Positions 11,438 through 24,187 are shown, numbered from the whole stretch's first letter. The stretch is DNA of 63,533 nt, filler included, from Craspedostauros australis (GCA_030167865.1; 11 parts of 11 records of this genome joined end to end with filler, not necessarily neighbours in it); one strand, 5' to 3'. Translations and numbers: made by a program. The notes: generated by a model not told the origin, from the letters alone.

Positions 11438-11497
11438 TGCAATGCAACGCAACGCAACGCAACGCAACGCAACGCAACGCAACGCAACGCAACGCAA
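11438..11497. repeat. (GCAAC)n pentanucleotide microsatellite
   Basis: About 11 tandem units read directly. Confidence 0.95.
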
Positions 11498-12047
11498 CAC
11501 CATCCAAACAAAGACAAGAGATGAAGCTGCGCGAGCAATTCATCTCCAACAGAGCAGACACCCATCATCTCCCAAGACAAGTGGTGATGATTGATCCGCG
11601 AACAAGACATCGCACAATGTCCGACCATTTCGCAGCCACAACAATTGGCTTTGGCAAGTTCTTGTNNNNNTCTTTGATTTGGCGATATCTGTTTTGTGGC
11701 ATCTCATGAAGCAACATTCCGCAGCAAGCAGACGAAGACTTGCCTCCTGGATCGTGGCGTGACGGCGCAGGTGGTGAGAAGCACAGACTTGATCAGACAA
11801 TCTCAAGGAGGCGAAGGCAACTTTGTTCAACACAAATCATGGGCATCCGTACTCCAGTGCAATCGATACAGCATTGGCCGTTCTTCTCTTCCATCAATCA
11901 CAACGCTGGCATGTTGATCATGAAGGCACTGTGGCCATTCGACGCTGNNNNNNNNNNNNNNNNNNNNNNNNNNNNNNNNNNNNNNNNNNNNTTAATTAAT
12001 TAANNNNNNNNNNNNNNNNNNNNNNNNNNNNNNNNNNNNNNNNNNNN

Positions 12048-13038
12048 CACCCGTGTCACTCGCGATAGCTTGGCAAAGCTATTTCAGTCAAACAAGCGCA
12101 TCAACAAGTTCAGCATCAATTGCTGTGAGGTCCACAATGCCCGACGAATCTGCTCACAACAAGAAATCGACCAGACCATCAAACTCCTTTCAGATGCATC
12201 ACACCTGAAGAAGCTCAGTGTTTCCGGTATTTGGATTGGGTTGTCGGAGCCAGAGCAGATGATCATGTTCGACGCATTGATATCGCTCCTGGGAAACAAG
12301 AGCTTGTCATCTCTGACGTGTGATGCTTTTAGGGATCCCGGTATGTTTGAAGCTCCACCCGAGACCCTCTCGGCACAAATGGAAGCACTTGAGCAAGCCT
12401 TGGAGCAGACTACCCAACTCACCTATCTTGACATTTATCCACGCCCGCCTGACGAACATGCCCATTCGTACGATGCGCTTGTTGGACGTATCTTGCGGCG
12501 AAATCATCGCAACAAGGTGAGAGCAGTTCTGTGTTCCCTTCCGACATGGTCACGGCCACAGGCCCTGTTTGGGGAGATGCTGATGAGAACAAGCAAACGT
12601 GGGGGTACAATGCATGCAGTGGGTCTAATGGGTACAATGGATCCCATGAGCGAGACTTTCAATGTTCTGTTGCAGGGCAGTGAGACGTTGAAACAGACTT
12701 GGGATGACAAGAGAGCGGATCGGCTCGTCCGAGTTGATGATGTTTCTGCTTGCAATGTGGAAAAGAAAGACACATCGATGATTGATGAGATCCTGGATGG
12801 CCTTGGAGTACTCTGTTCGTCGAGTAATTAGAACAGCGAATGAAGACAGGATTGATACTCTGGTGCATGTGAGTGTGTTGTTGTATGAGTAGGATGGAAC
12901 AAGGGAGATGGCTGGGTGATTGTGATTGCGTGTTGTGGCTGGTGAGAAGTATGGAATGCCTATTAACAGCAAACGAAAGCGTCCACGGAACCTATCTGCG
13001 CCACATCACGATGAAGAAGGACACGTCTCGGAACTTGG
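12048..13038 (+). repeat. Identical reverse-complement duplicate of 8210-9200 (3' half of the LRR-like gene, stop at 12831); contig overlap
   Basis: Same translated ORFs; both copies end at contig edges. Confidence 0.92.
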
Positions 13039-13860
13039 CCAACGGCCCCGATGAGGTCTCCAGGTATCCCAGCAGACCAATCAGCCTTGGCTGTGGCGGT
13101 CGTGATGGTGGACCATCGCTTGTCCTTGTATTCTGTCTGCAGGATGTCTTCGAGGCTGATCTCGCCATTGGCTTGTACATTGTACTGCATGGTGTACCGC
13201 TGAATGGCGTTGGCCAGACAGTAGGCGTCTTGGATGGCCTGCTTAGTGTCCTGTCCAAGAAACTGTGGTATGGCGTGCGCTGGTGCCTCCATTGCGGTTG
13301 TAGTTGCGGTTGCAGTTGCGGTTATCGTTGGTGGCCACCATCGCCTTGGTCCATCGCACAAAGGGACTGTGGAAGTAGATCCCCAACTCGAAGAAGCGAT
13401 CGGCATTGTCGATGAGTCGATCGATGATGGGCCTGGTGGTGTCCATGGGGATCTTGGCATCTTCGATCTGCTGTCACATCTGTTGCTGGACGTGCTCGGT
13501 CTCGGATCATGCCTATCAAGGGACGCTCTCGTCATTCGTGCTGGCGGTGGGCTTGGAGAAGGGGGAAGGTGTTGCGGAAGATGATGAAGCAGCCTCTCAT
13601 GGTATCACGCTTGATGCCGCTACCATGGTTGATGTTGTCGTCGTTGCCGGTGAGGCAGTAGGCACAGTTGCCAAAGTATTGCTGCAGGATGGGATCTTGT
13701 TCCATTGTGTTCGTTTGGTCGCCGCTACTTCTGCTGCTACTACTCCCGCTGCTACTGTCGCTGTCCTCTTTGGCGACATCCTGAATGGCGTGCCGGATGC
13801 GGATGCCAGAGTACACAGCCACCGAATTGCGTTTGTTGCCTGCTGAAGACCGCACATTGC
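12963..13860 (-). pseudogene. Frameshifted FAD-dependent monooxygenase (FAD_binding_3 / zeaxanthin-epoxidase-like) remnant
   Basis: AHAIPQFLGQDTKQAIQDAYCLA (degenerate DAAHxxxPxxGQGxNxAxxD), AVYSGIRI, NADRFFELGIYFHSPF and GYLETSSGPLAKFRDV are spread over different frames. Confidence 0.7.
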
Positions 13861-13969
13861 CATCACCACNNNNNNNNNNNNNNNNNNNNNNNNNNNNNNN
13901 NNNNNNNNNNNNNTTAATTAATTAANNNNNNNNNNNNNNNNNNNNNNNNNNNNNNNNNNNNNNNNNNNN

Positions 13970-16900
13970 ACAAACAGCAGACGAGGAACGAGTATGCTGT
14001 AAGACAGCCTCTCTTCATGGACTTTCTCAAACCTTCCAGCGAGCTCGCTGGCGATGGCGTACCGTTGAAAGCAGACGGCCAGACGGAGTCTGACGGAATA
14101 CCCAGCTGTCAAGAAGTAGGCGTCGTTGGAAACTTTATTGTTCATCGATTGCGATCCGAAGTTTTGGACCTCGACCCAGTCAATAGGGGCATCACCAGCC
14201 AAGTTTCTCATCACCGGGAGTTGCGCCTCAGCCATCCTCTGAACTGATAGGATGTGGTACTGTTTTGTCTGATCGATGATGGCACGCTGCGATTGGACGA
14301 GACTGCCGAGGTCCTGCCCAACGGCAATGCCAAGACTATTGCGGGAGGACCAATTCATGGCTGCAATGTCAACGTCACCAACCTGCATGGCCGATCTATA
14401 TCCAGTCTCCAGATCCTTGAACTGCTCGTGGTGAGGTCTACTCCATGAGAAAATGCAGGAGCTGGAGGTCAAGTGTATTCTGCCAGTGATTTTCTTTCCT
14501 TGCGTGATGTCCAGTATCTTTCTCGCAAGGAGGGCCAGGCGATTTGCAGTGCTGCAATCGTTCATGATCAGAGCAATCACCGCGCATGACATCAAAGGAG
14601 AAGCCGAGTATCCGCACAGGCCATATTTCTTGAGAAGGCGGAGTTGCTGGCCCATGGAGACAAGGCCGACCGATGAGTTCTTTATCAAGAAGGCTTGTAT
14701 TGTAAGCTTGCTCAGAATCTTCATTCCCATCTCCTTGACAGAATCAGTCATCAGCGGGAGATTCAGGATCGCCTCGTTGTTCTGCCCCTTGATGAAGTTT
14801 TTCATGAAGCGCCAGTTCTTGGCAGCGTGAAGAGCGAACCACCTCTTGGGGAAGATCTTGAGCTCCTGGGCCACGCCGACCAGCACCTCCACTGCCTCGT
14901 CATGCTGGTGCTGACGGGCGAGGATGTCGGCCATCGGCAGGTAGCATGGGAGTCGTTCCTCCAGCGTCTTCGCTCGTTTCAGGACGAGATTGAATATTGA
15001 CGTGGCGACATCGTAGTTGCCAAGGGCGGCCTCCGCGCTTCCTCTGGCACGGGACAGGCGGATGAAGATGCCATGGAAGTGCTCGCTTTGGTTGTTGCGA
15101 ACGAGCTGGAAGCCATGGTAGGCCTTCTCCAGGTAGGATGCGGCCAGGGGGAGCGCGCTCTTGGCAAGTGCGATCTCGCCGACTTGGAGGTTGAGGTTGA
15201 CGAGGAACAGAGCATCCTTGTTCGGCACACTGTTGAGATGATCAGCTGCGATGAAGAGCAGACCGTCATCGTTCTGGACAATGGGCTTGGCTGCAGCAGT
15301 GGCGTCCTGAGAGCTGCTGAGCCGATTGTACATGTTGAGGATGCTGCACCCGATGGCCCTGCGGAGCTTGTCGCGGGACTCTCCCTCTGGGATGACGTTG
15401 CGAGCCACCTGCTGGATGCGATCATGAGCGAAGCGGTAGCTTGCGGCGCCGATGGTGTTGGTCAGCAGCCCTTCGAGAACCGCCTTGTCCAGAAGGAAGG
15501 TCAGATCCTGATCTCCATCTGGCGCAGAACCCGAGATCTGTTCGTCGCCCCAGCAGGCGAGATCTCCGTCGCACATGCTGATGAGATCCTTGATCTCGTT
15601 CCAGACAGCCCGCAGCGTCGAAAGCTCGAATTGGGACTGGATGTAGGATGCCACTGTGAGCAGCTGCTGCAGGGTCTTGGGGAGGTACTTCATCTTGGAG
15701 GTGATGAGATCTTCAACGTTTCCGCCAACGGACACGGTCAGGAGCGATCGGTCGTCGTCGTCGATCCCGAGGCTGCTGTTGGCGTCAGCGTCAGATCCTG
15801 GGCTTGGTCTGGTGCCGCGCCCATCTGCTTCCCATCTCCACGTGCAAAGAATGTCATCGTAGCTGATGCGGTTTTCTCGCTGCAGCGCCTCCAAGGCTTG
15901 GACGATGTAGAATGGGTTGCCCAGCGTCTTGTGGTGTAGCTTGGATGACAAGGTCTGGATGACCTTGGTCGGCGAGTCGAGCAGAGACGACATCCATTGG
16001 GTGACCTCTGCCAACGTCATGTTCCGAAGCTTCACATGGGATATGGTGGGATCGTAGCGCGGCAGTTTCTCGAGCGTGCCAACCATCTGCATGAACGGAT
16101 TTGAGGGTGGGAGGTTGATGGCGTGCTGGTCTGGGTCGTCTTGTTCATGGAAGCATGNGGGATCATCGATGTCGATGTGATCCTCGTCGTCATGATGANG
16201 ATTGTCGATCTCATCCTCTCTCACGGTCCCAATGAGCATGAAGTTGGTGATGGATGGGTCCATGAGAAGGCGAGAGAGCAAGGTGAGGGTGGCGGACGAG
16301 GCCCACTGCAGGTCATCAAGGAACAGGATGATCGATGGTGCAGCTACCGCTGTTGCTGCTGTTGTCGTAACTGCAGCGTCTGCCGTAGCGTCTGCTTCAA
16401 CGTCTGCCTCAACGTCTGCTTCTGACGAGATGATTTTGATGAGTTGGACGAAGAGGTATTGGACGCTCTTCCATGTGTCGCCAGCATTGGTGGCGATATC
16501 TTCGTGATGATCTTGCGTGGCATCGCGACGGCGAGCGGCGGCATGGGAAGGCAGGAGTACCGCCAGTGGCGGGATGACCTTGGTGAGCACCTTGCAATCA
16601 TCGATAGACAGCCCAGCTGCGAGCTTGTGCTGAAAGTACTCCATCATGTGTGTCGGGCCTTGTTCCAGCTGCTGGACGAAGCTGGTGATTGCTTGGACAA
16701 GGGCGACGTATGGGTTGTTCATGCCGCTGTACTCGTCGAGCTTGCCCCTCAGGATGTACACTTGATCGTCGTGGTGTTCGTGATGCTCATGATGCTGCTC
16801 GTTGGCTTTGGCAGCCGCTGTGTACTCACGACGCTGGCTCTGTTTCGGATGCACCCGCAGCTTGATCTTGAGATCGTCAAAGAACTCTTCGAGGAGATTC

Positions 16901-17274
16901 GACTTGCCTGTCCCACTCACGCCGGATACGAAGACGGCAGGAATCGGGCGGTTGGTCTTGGAACGGCGTTGAGGATGGTTCGAGCCGTCGTCAATACCGG
17001 CGCTGGCATCGGTTTGTGTTGTTCCTGCTGGCTGAGTGGAAGGCCTGGCAGAGTCTGCAGATTGCGCAGACTTTCCGACCTTGGATGAGCGTCGTCTTTC
17101 CTTGTGCTGCTGCTGCTGCTGCTGCTGCCGAGGCTGCCGTTGTTGTTTGGTGACAATGGTGTCAAATGCATCGAAGAGCAGCTTGATCTCGGCATGTCTA
17201 CCGAACATGTCGCCCACCAATCTCTGCTGCATTCCGTCGGTTTGGTGTGGGCTTGTTCCTGTCATCATGTTCAT
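13970..17274 (-). CDS. Large AAA/STAND-like P-loop ATPase (COG3899-type), 5' part; completed by 24188-25341 (~1316 aa in total)
   Basis: Walker A GVSGTGKS, Walker B IILFLDDLQWAS, GNPFYIVQAL, YRFAHDRIQQ, TPR-like helical C-terminal region. Confidence 0.85.
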
Positions 17275-17806
17275 GTTGGCGTTGGTGGTGGCGTTGGTGT
17301 GTTTGGTGCCTGATGTGTTGATCGTGGTGATGGTGTTGCATCACTTCCCGATGGAAGTTGCGTTTGTGTGCTCGATTTGCACTTGGTCTTCTTCGGATGA
17401 CGATCACGCATCCCCTCGTCATGTCCCACTCGTCTTGTCAGACGACAAGGTACCACTTCACATTCCTACGAGTGCGCTACCAGCTCTCAATCGGCACACG
17501 TCCCATACCCGCCATGCAAGTAAAGTGTCATCATCAGCAGTGTTGGTGTGTCTTGGTGTGCTGGAGACAATTGTCTGTGACCTGATCTTCATCTCGAGAA
17601 ATAGGCATGCCCCCTTGAGGATAAGTTTTGCTTCCGCGGAATTTGCTGCGGTGGAGGCCAAATGATCCCTCTGCCCATGCGCGCCTTTCGTCTCCACCCA
17701 ATCCCCTGTGCATCTCGGGCCCCCCACCATGATGTCTTTTCGGGTCTTCCGTGATTGTTGTGATGACATTATGACCCACTTGAGTGGAAGGACCGACAGT
17801 CGGCTC

Positions 17807-20020
17807 TAGGGTGCTGGCACTTTAAACCAAACCACTCACATTTTATTAACCTAAATAAAAATATAAGATAATTTATCGACGAAGAGACTGCTCTGAAGTC
17901 TTTGTTTAATCATTATCGGCCCCTCGATTTTGCGCTCATCTAAACGCAACTAGCGCACTACGGCCAGACCCTGTTTTGTTTGTGCACTGGTTGGTATCGC
18001 AACAGGAGGACTGTCGATGTCAATTTCAGTTCTAATTCATTTTTTTAGTCCCTCCATTGCCGCTCTGACACTTTGCAGCAATTGTGTCCTCACATTTTGT
18101 TCCACCATCTCAGGAGACTCCGTCTTTTCCTTCATGATTTGTGTCTCATACGTGACTCACTCCGATGTTTCATTTCTTCTTGTTGCAACACGATTTCCTC
18201 CTCTTCTGCTGTTGTCTATCGTGGAGACACGATTCCTGCGTCAGTGCTGGTTGCGTTCGTCGGTGGTTGGAGAATTGTTGTGTTCGTTGTGTTCGTTACA
18301 TTTTTGTTGGAGTGTGCGATTCCGTTCATCGTTGGTTAGGATTTCAACATCACACTCGTTGTCGAAGGTCACGCTTTTGAGCACAGGAGGAAAGAGCTTG
18401 TCTGTTGTAGATATCAGAATGTGCTGCATGCCATCCATATCCCATGGAGGCAACAGCTTCTCAGCAGTAGATGGTGCAAACAGTTCTTTGCAATCAATTG
18501 GATCAGATGGAAAGGAGCGCACGGATCGAGAGGGTGGTAAACGTTGGTTCTTGGAGGGAAAGGATTGGCATCCTTGGACGCAGCCTTCGTGGTAGAGACG
18601 AGCATGATGTTGATTGATTGATTGATTGATTGATACTGAACGGTGGATGGAGAAGACTAATATGGATGGAAGTGAACTGGGTAGGAGGAGTGCAAGAAGG
18701 TGACGATACAAACACTGCATGAACAAGCAACAGACACAGCACACCACCACAGAGAAGCAACGGTTGATTCGGAGCCGAAATGTGAGGAGATTTGCAACGT
18801 GGTCACAGCGGAAATATTGGACGTGTAATAACGTGTAATAACGGTTATTGACTATAACATTGTGTTCGAATAGATCAAACGATGACAGTGTTGAAATTGC
18901 AAATTCTGTCCGCGACCCGTCAAGAAACTGTCTTTCCGGAACGTGTCTGAGCGCATTGCGATATTTGCGTTGGAAAGACCAATGAATGTAATCCAATCGT
19001 CACGGAGCATTGTTCAGATTCGACCAAGAGGACCGAAAATCTACAAAGGTCCATACAAATTGAACTAAGCCCTTATAGCAAAATCAGTGTCCACCAAGCA
19101 TCTTATAATTCATATAGTTTAAGACCACATGAGCGGTTGGGGTGAAAGCTCCGAATGTTACCGGCACCCCAGCACCGACTGTAGGTCCCGTCCGAAACCA
19201 GATGTATCTGTTTCGGAGGAATGGGTGCCGCAAGTTGTGGTCTCCCTTTCGCCCAAAGGCACAATTCCGCCACTGAAATAAGTCTGTCATTGGGTCCTCG
19301 CAAGCGAAGGGTTGACTGTAATTTAACGAGAGGATCACTCGCCAATTGAATTCCCCGCCAAATGACACCATTCATTCCCCATCGCGTCTGAGGTACGCGG
19401 CGCGATTTTTCTCTCTTGGGGAGGAATGGTCTCTGGGGCTGACAAGTTGCACTTTGAGAAACCGGCGAACAATCACTCTTTCCCAACGCTCGTGGTGGTC
19501 GTGGATCTGTGGTCTGTCCCTTCCCTTCCGACGACCAAAGAACCCCATTCAGGGTTCGCATGCACGAAATTGCGCATTCCGAAGATGACCATTGTGAAAT
19601 GACTGCCAAGATTGTTTTGTGACTTGCCGTGAGATAAAAAGGACGTCATAAACATTCTGGGCCGCGGTAACCAAATTGCCTGTTTTTTGTGTCGCTTCCT
19701 TCGAGGAAACACGTGTGGTCGTCTTTTCGTCTCTGTCGGTACCAGGAACACCCAACATTTTGTCCGATTTTCGCTTTTTTAGCTCGTGACTTACTTTAAC
19801 GGCGTTGAGACAGAACAGTGAACCAGCCGAAATCCCAAACAGCATACTTAGGGTTACGCTATTGAACTTCAATCGTGGTTCGTTCACGGACAAAACTGGA
19901 GAAACTAGGTCAGACCGGACAATACGACCGGACAAAATGACCGGACAGAATGGATAGACCGGACAAAATTAACGAACTTAGCGGACACTGTCCGTTAACA
20001 GTGTACCCAAACCAGCACTG
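17807..20020. mobile_element. Possible non-autonomous DNA-transposon remnant with subterminal repeats; boundaries uncertain
   Basis: AT-rich shift; GTGCTGG.../...CCAGCAC short inverted ends; four GACCGGACA copies at 19913-19965; stop-riddled ORF at 17950-18600. Confidence 0.35.
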
Positions 20021-20239
20021 AAGGTCGGCGCGGCGACGCGCGATGGATCAAATGGGAGCAACAATGCGAGTGTCTGGGTTGAGTGTGGAGGACTACCTCC
20101 GGCCAGTATTTTTGGTTGATGCGATTAGTATGTGGAAAGTAGATAGCGAAAGCTGTGAAGAGTGATGCTGGTTCTTACTGTTTCGTACTCCATTCTGAGA
20201 CACTCTGCTCAAGTTCAATACGCTCTGCTCAATTGAGGG

Positions 20240-20614
20240 TTGCCGTGCTTGGTTTCAAGATAGAAATAAGCTCGATTTGTTGCACTTCCTGGTAGATGTG
20301 TTCTTTGAATTTGCGTTTTCCAAATTGCGCATATATACTGGTCAGGTTTGCTGCAACTCTGATGGTGTCACCTCCGTTTGTTCAACTTCTTGGATGTCTT
20401 GTTGGAGGAGCATACTTGCAGTGGACATGTTGAGCACCAATCCTCCACAAGAATTCATTGGTTCTCTTGGGTGTATGCATGTATCATGTTTCAATGAGGT
20501 CAATTCCACCTTGGGGTGCAACTCTTTCTTGCCCAACTGTTTCCAATGATCGCGAAGGTGAGCTTCAAACTGGCTGAGCACAACATTAACAGATTCAGCC
20601 ATGTGGAAGCAGCA
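20240..20614 (-). pseudogene. Degenerate copy of a diatom repeat-associated hypothetical protein, 5'-truncated at the 20621 element
   Basis: ASMLLQQDI..VTPSELQQT* then, after a frameshift, QFGKRKFKEHIYQEV; resembles a multicopy diatom family (recalled, not searched). Confidence 0.4.
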
Positions 20615-20620
20615 TGTGTC

Positions 20621-21409
20621 TGTTGGAAATCCGGGGTTATAGTAATAGACTAATCTGTTATCAATCTGTACCGTTTTAGAACTGTGAGCACAACATGCTC
20701 ATCTCCTTTCGATTCCAATTCCATAGCACGCATGATCCGCAGTAGCCATCCATGGTTACACTCTTGGGCGTGGCTCCTTTCATCTGCATTTCTTTCTTGC
20801 GTTCATGGTAGTTCATCGCCTGTTTCAACTGCATGTTGGAGAGCACCTACATTCGTCAAGTTCATACTCGTAGACCTGCGGGTACCTCTCCTTAGGTCTC
20901 ATGTCACCTCACTGGTCCCACTTCGGTTCGTGTCATTTCAGTTCCTTCCTTCGGTCATCTCGATGGTTACCTTTGGATGTTTGGAACTTATTGTCTTCTA
21001 GATCATGGTCTTGGGTGAATAGGGATCGCCTCTGTTTCACTTTCTCACATTTGGTTCTCAGGGACGCGTCGACTTGTTCAGATATATTGGTTGTCGCGCT
21101 CATTCGATTCACTCAGGGCTGGTGTGTTGCCGTTGTCATAGATCTCTGGGTTCCCGATCGTTATCGGGACATAGCCGAGTAGGCCACTGGATGAGGGTGC
21201 TTGGGTGTCGCATAAGACAGGTAGGGCCATTGGGCTGTCCGAGTGCAACTGCTCGATCGGTAGGTTGCGGTTTGTCTGGGAGATGCTATTGGGGGTTGCG
21301 GCAATCATGGGTATCTTTGCACATAATACCATCCCGGTTCCAGTCAGTCCCCATGGGAGCTGCGGTAGAATAAGGTACCTTTGCAAAGTCGTACCCCCGA
21401 TTCCTGACA
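20621..21409 (+). mobile_element. 789-bp TG...CA element (second family) with imperfect 16-bp terminal inverted repeats, flanked by TGTGTC on both sides
   Basis: Starts TGTTGGAAATCCGGGG, ends CCCCCGATTCCTGACA; TGTGTC at 20615-20620 and 21410-21415. Confidence 0.7.
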
Positions 21410-21415
21410 TGTGTC

Positions 21416-22651
21416 TGTTGGCAAGTTCCGCTCACGGAAGCCTACGATCGTGGAAGACGATGTTGTTGATATTCGGTCTGTTTGCTATTTCATTAGTTGA
21501 GCACTCCAATCCTCTCAGTGTCTCATTTGTCTTGCCTGATGCTCTCGGCACGTTTGTCTGTTTCGTAGATTGGTCTCCTCTACCTCCGACTATGAGTCAG
21601 CATGCGAGATGCTCTCTCGTCACTGTCCTATTCTCTCTCTCTCTCTCTCTCTTTCAATATCGTGTGCTCATGCTACACGATACTCCGTGTTCAATGTGTA
21701 CTCCACATTCAACACTCCGTTTGTTCCCTACTGGTTCCTACTCCATGAGTACTTACCACTTAAACTTCACCTCTTGTATCCATGATCCTGATGCCCTTCG
21801 GTCATCGGATCTTCACCTTCTGCTTCTGATATGGAGGCAGATGTCGATGTCGAGATGTACATGTGAGTATGTGTCGAGATGTACGTGTATATGTGCATCG
21901 TTCACCCGTTATTCTCTCATACGCACTTGGACGGTAAAACTACATTCGTGTCAATAGTATTCTGTGATTCGTCAGAATTACAGTGGAAATGGAACATACG
22001 AAAATGAGCAGAATTTCTGGAGGAAATTTGCAATCGACGATTTCTGAGAGAATTAGAAACATTGTCCGTCCATCCATCAATGGAAACGTATGGTACCAAG
22101 AGAATCTCGAGGTACTTCCCAACTAAACCTCAGATGACAATATCATCTGACAGAGCACTGCATCACCAATGGAATATGACATCTGGAGAGCAGAAGGACG
22201 CCTACTGATGTCAACAGGATGTCATCATGTCACCATGTCGACATCTGTCTCCAGGTCAGAGCAGAAGGTGAAGATCCGATGACCAAAGGGCATCAAGATC
22301 ATGGATACGAGAGGTGAAGTTCAAATGGTAAGTACTCATGGAGTAGGAGCCAGTAGTGAATGAACAAAGTATCGAATGTGGAGTATGCATCGAATGAGGA
22401 GTATCGCGTAGCACGAACACACGATATTGAGAGAGAGAGAGAACATGAGGAGCACCAAGAGCACCTCACACACCGACTCATAGTCGGAGACTGAATCTAC
22501 AAAATAGATCAACACACCGAGAGCATCGGGCAAGAGAACAGGCATACACCAAGAGGATCGGAGTAGCCAAGTAATGAAATAGCAAATGAACAACTATCAA
22601 CCAACACCATCTTCCACGATCGTAGGCTTCCAATCACGGAACTTGCCAACA
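21416..22651. mobile_element. 800-bp family composite: forward 5' fragment (21416-21847) fused to a complete reverse copy (21848-22651), forming ~430-bp imperfect inverted arms
   Basis: Both ends read TGTTGGCAAGTTCCG inward; junction ...GATGTCGA|TGTCGAGATG. Confidence 0.85.
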
Positions 22652-23113
22652 CCTCATCGGAGAAAGAATGAAACTGGGGTGGCAGGTTTTTGATTCGGCC
22701 CCAGCCTACCTTTACCTTGCCAATAGCATGCAAGCCATCCGAGAAGCAACCGGGTCCAATTACTTTCTGCAGTTCGGCATCTTCTCCCTGCTCTTCACGG
22801 CGGCGGGATTCTGCAACTTTTGGATGCTTTTGGCTATCCAAGCTTCGCGGAGGAGTACTGGGATAACATGGGCAACAACACGATCGGTATGAAGCAGGCG
22901 TGCATCTACAGTATGGGGGATGAGATCACAGACGTGGCCAAGCTCGAAGAGTTGATCGAAACGAGGAGGGCCAAAGGGGTGGACCTCATCGTGATGAAAT
23001 GCGATGACTCCGCTCATGTCCAGCATATGCGCAGCTACAAGGAGGAATACTGCGCATTGATTGACGATGTGATTGAACGGAGCGTTGCTTCGTGCAATGA
23101 TGGTGACTCTTGA
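22652..23113 (+). pseudogene. DUF829/TMEM53-like alpha/beta-hydrolase, 5'-truncated and frameshifted
   Basis: VFDSAP in one frame; IYSMGDEI...EELIETRRAKG...DSAHVQHMRSYKEEY in another, with the shift near 22815-22830. Confidence 0.7.
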
Positions 23114-23436
23114 GGGCTTCCGTAACTTGGAGATGTCACAGATCATCCCATTCGCTATTTCTTCATTTCGTTGAGACAACAGAGTGGTATCCGGCTGATT
23201 CGGCTAATGTCACCCTTCGAGGCAGGCAAAACTCGCAGCTCAACTGCTCTACTCGAACGGCCTATTCACCTTCCTCTGCATGAATTCATTTCATTTCATT
23301 TCATTTCAATTCAATCCAATTCAATTCAATGCATATCTATATGTAAACTAATGACTCACGCAATGCCGCTACTCGTGTTGGGATTCGAATGCAGGTCCAG
23401 CACTGTCCAAATGTCTTGGTCCGTCAATCGGACACC

Positions 23437-24074
23437 TTACTTGGGCACTTGGATCTTGGCGACCTTGCGGGTCTTGACCATGACGGCAACGATGTACATG
23501 AGCTTGTACACTGCACCGATGGCCAGCAAGATGGCGATGTCCTGTCCGACGGTATCGTCGTTCTTCACCACGGGGAAGACCAGGTTCAGCTCATCCAATG
23601 CCTGGTCGGATGTCAAGTCGCCATCGAAGTTGGTGTCTTGGAAGAGGGTGTACATCGTGCTGCGGACGTAGTATCCGTATGGCATGATGTAGTAGAACAG
23701 CTTCAATGGCCAGTACAGATCGGACTCTGGGATGAGGTACCCGCCGAACAGGAAGCTGCCGAACCAGAAATTCATGAACTGGAGCATGCCGATGATTGGA
23801 TCATCAAACGCCACGGAGAGGACCTCGGCGACACTCTCGAAGACGAACATGAGCGCGGCGTAGAGGACGATGTGGATGCCGAAGGATTCCCATGGAAGAC
23901 CTTGAATGAGGTATCCTGGAATCAGAAGCGAGGAGATGGCGAAGAGGATGAAGATTGGCAGCACCAGAATGGACTTGGCGAATACGTAGGTACCGGCGGA
24001 GACCATTCCATTCTGCGATTCGCGTTGGATGGACTTGAACTCATCGTTGAGCGCGTACACGGCCACGACTCCCA
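23437..24074 (-). CDS. ABCG-family ABC transporter, terminal exon (ABC-2 membrane domain); partial
   Basis: RESQNGM, multiple TM helices, FLFGGYLIPESDLYWPLKLFYYIMPYGY; CAG acceptor at 24077-24075. Confidence 0.85.
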
Positions 24075-24187
24075 CTGTGGTTGACAGNNNNNNNNNNNNN
24101 NNNNNNNNNNNNNNNNNNNNNNNNNNNNNNNTTAATTAATTAANNNNNNNNNNNNNNNNNNNNNNNNNNNNNNNNNNNNNNNNNNNN

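Noticed and set aside
9930..11947. Protein-coding gene in this interval
   Set aside because: Only short low-complexity ORFs and microsatellites; nothing I can support
8210..13038. Inverted duplications of the LRR-like, ATPase and RSH genes as real paralogue pairs
   Set aside because: Identical and ending exactly at contig edges, so best read as overlaps; true copy number cannot be judged here
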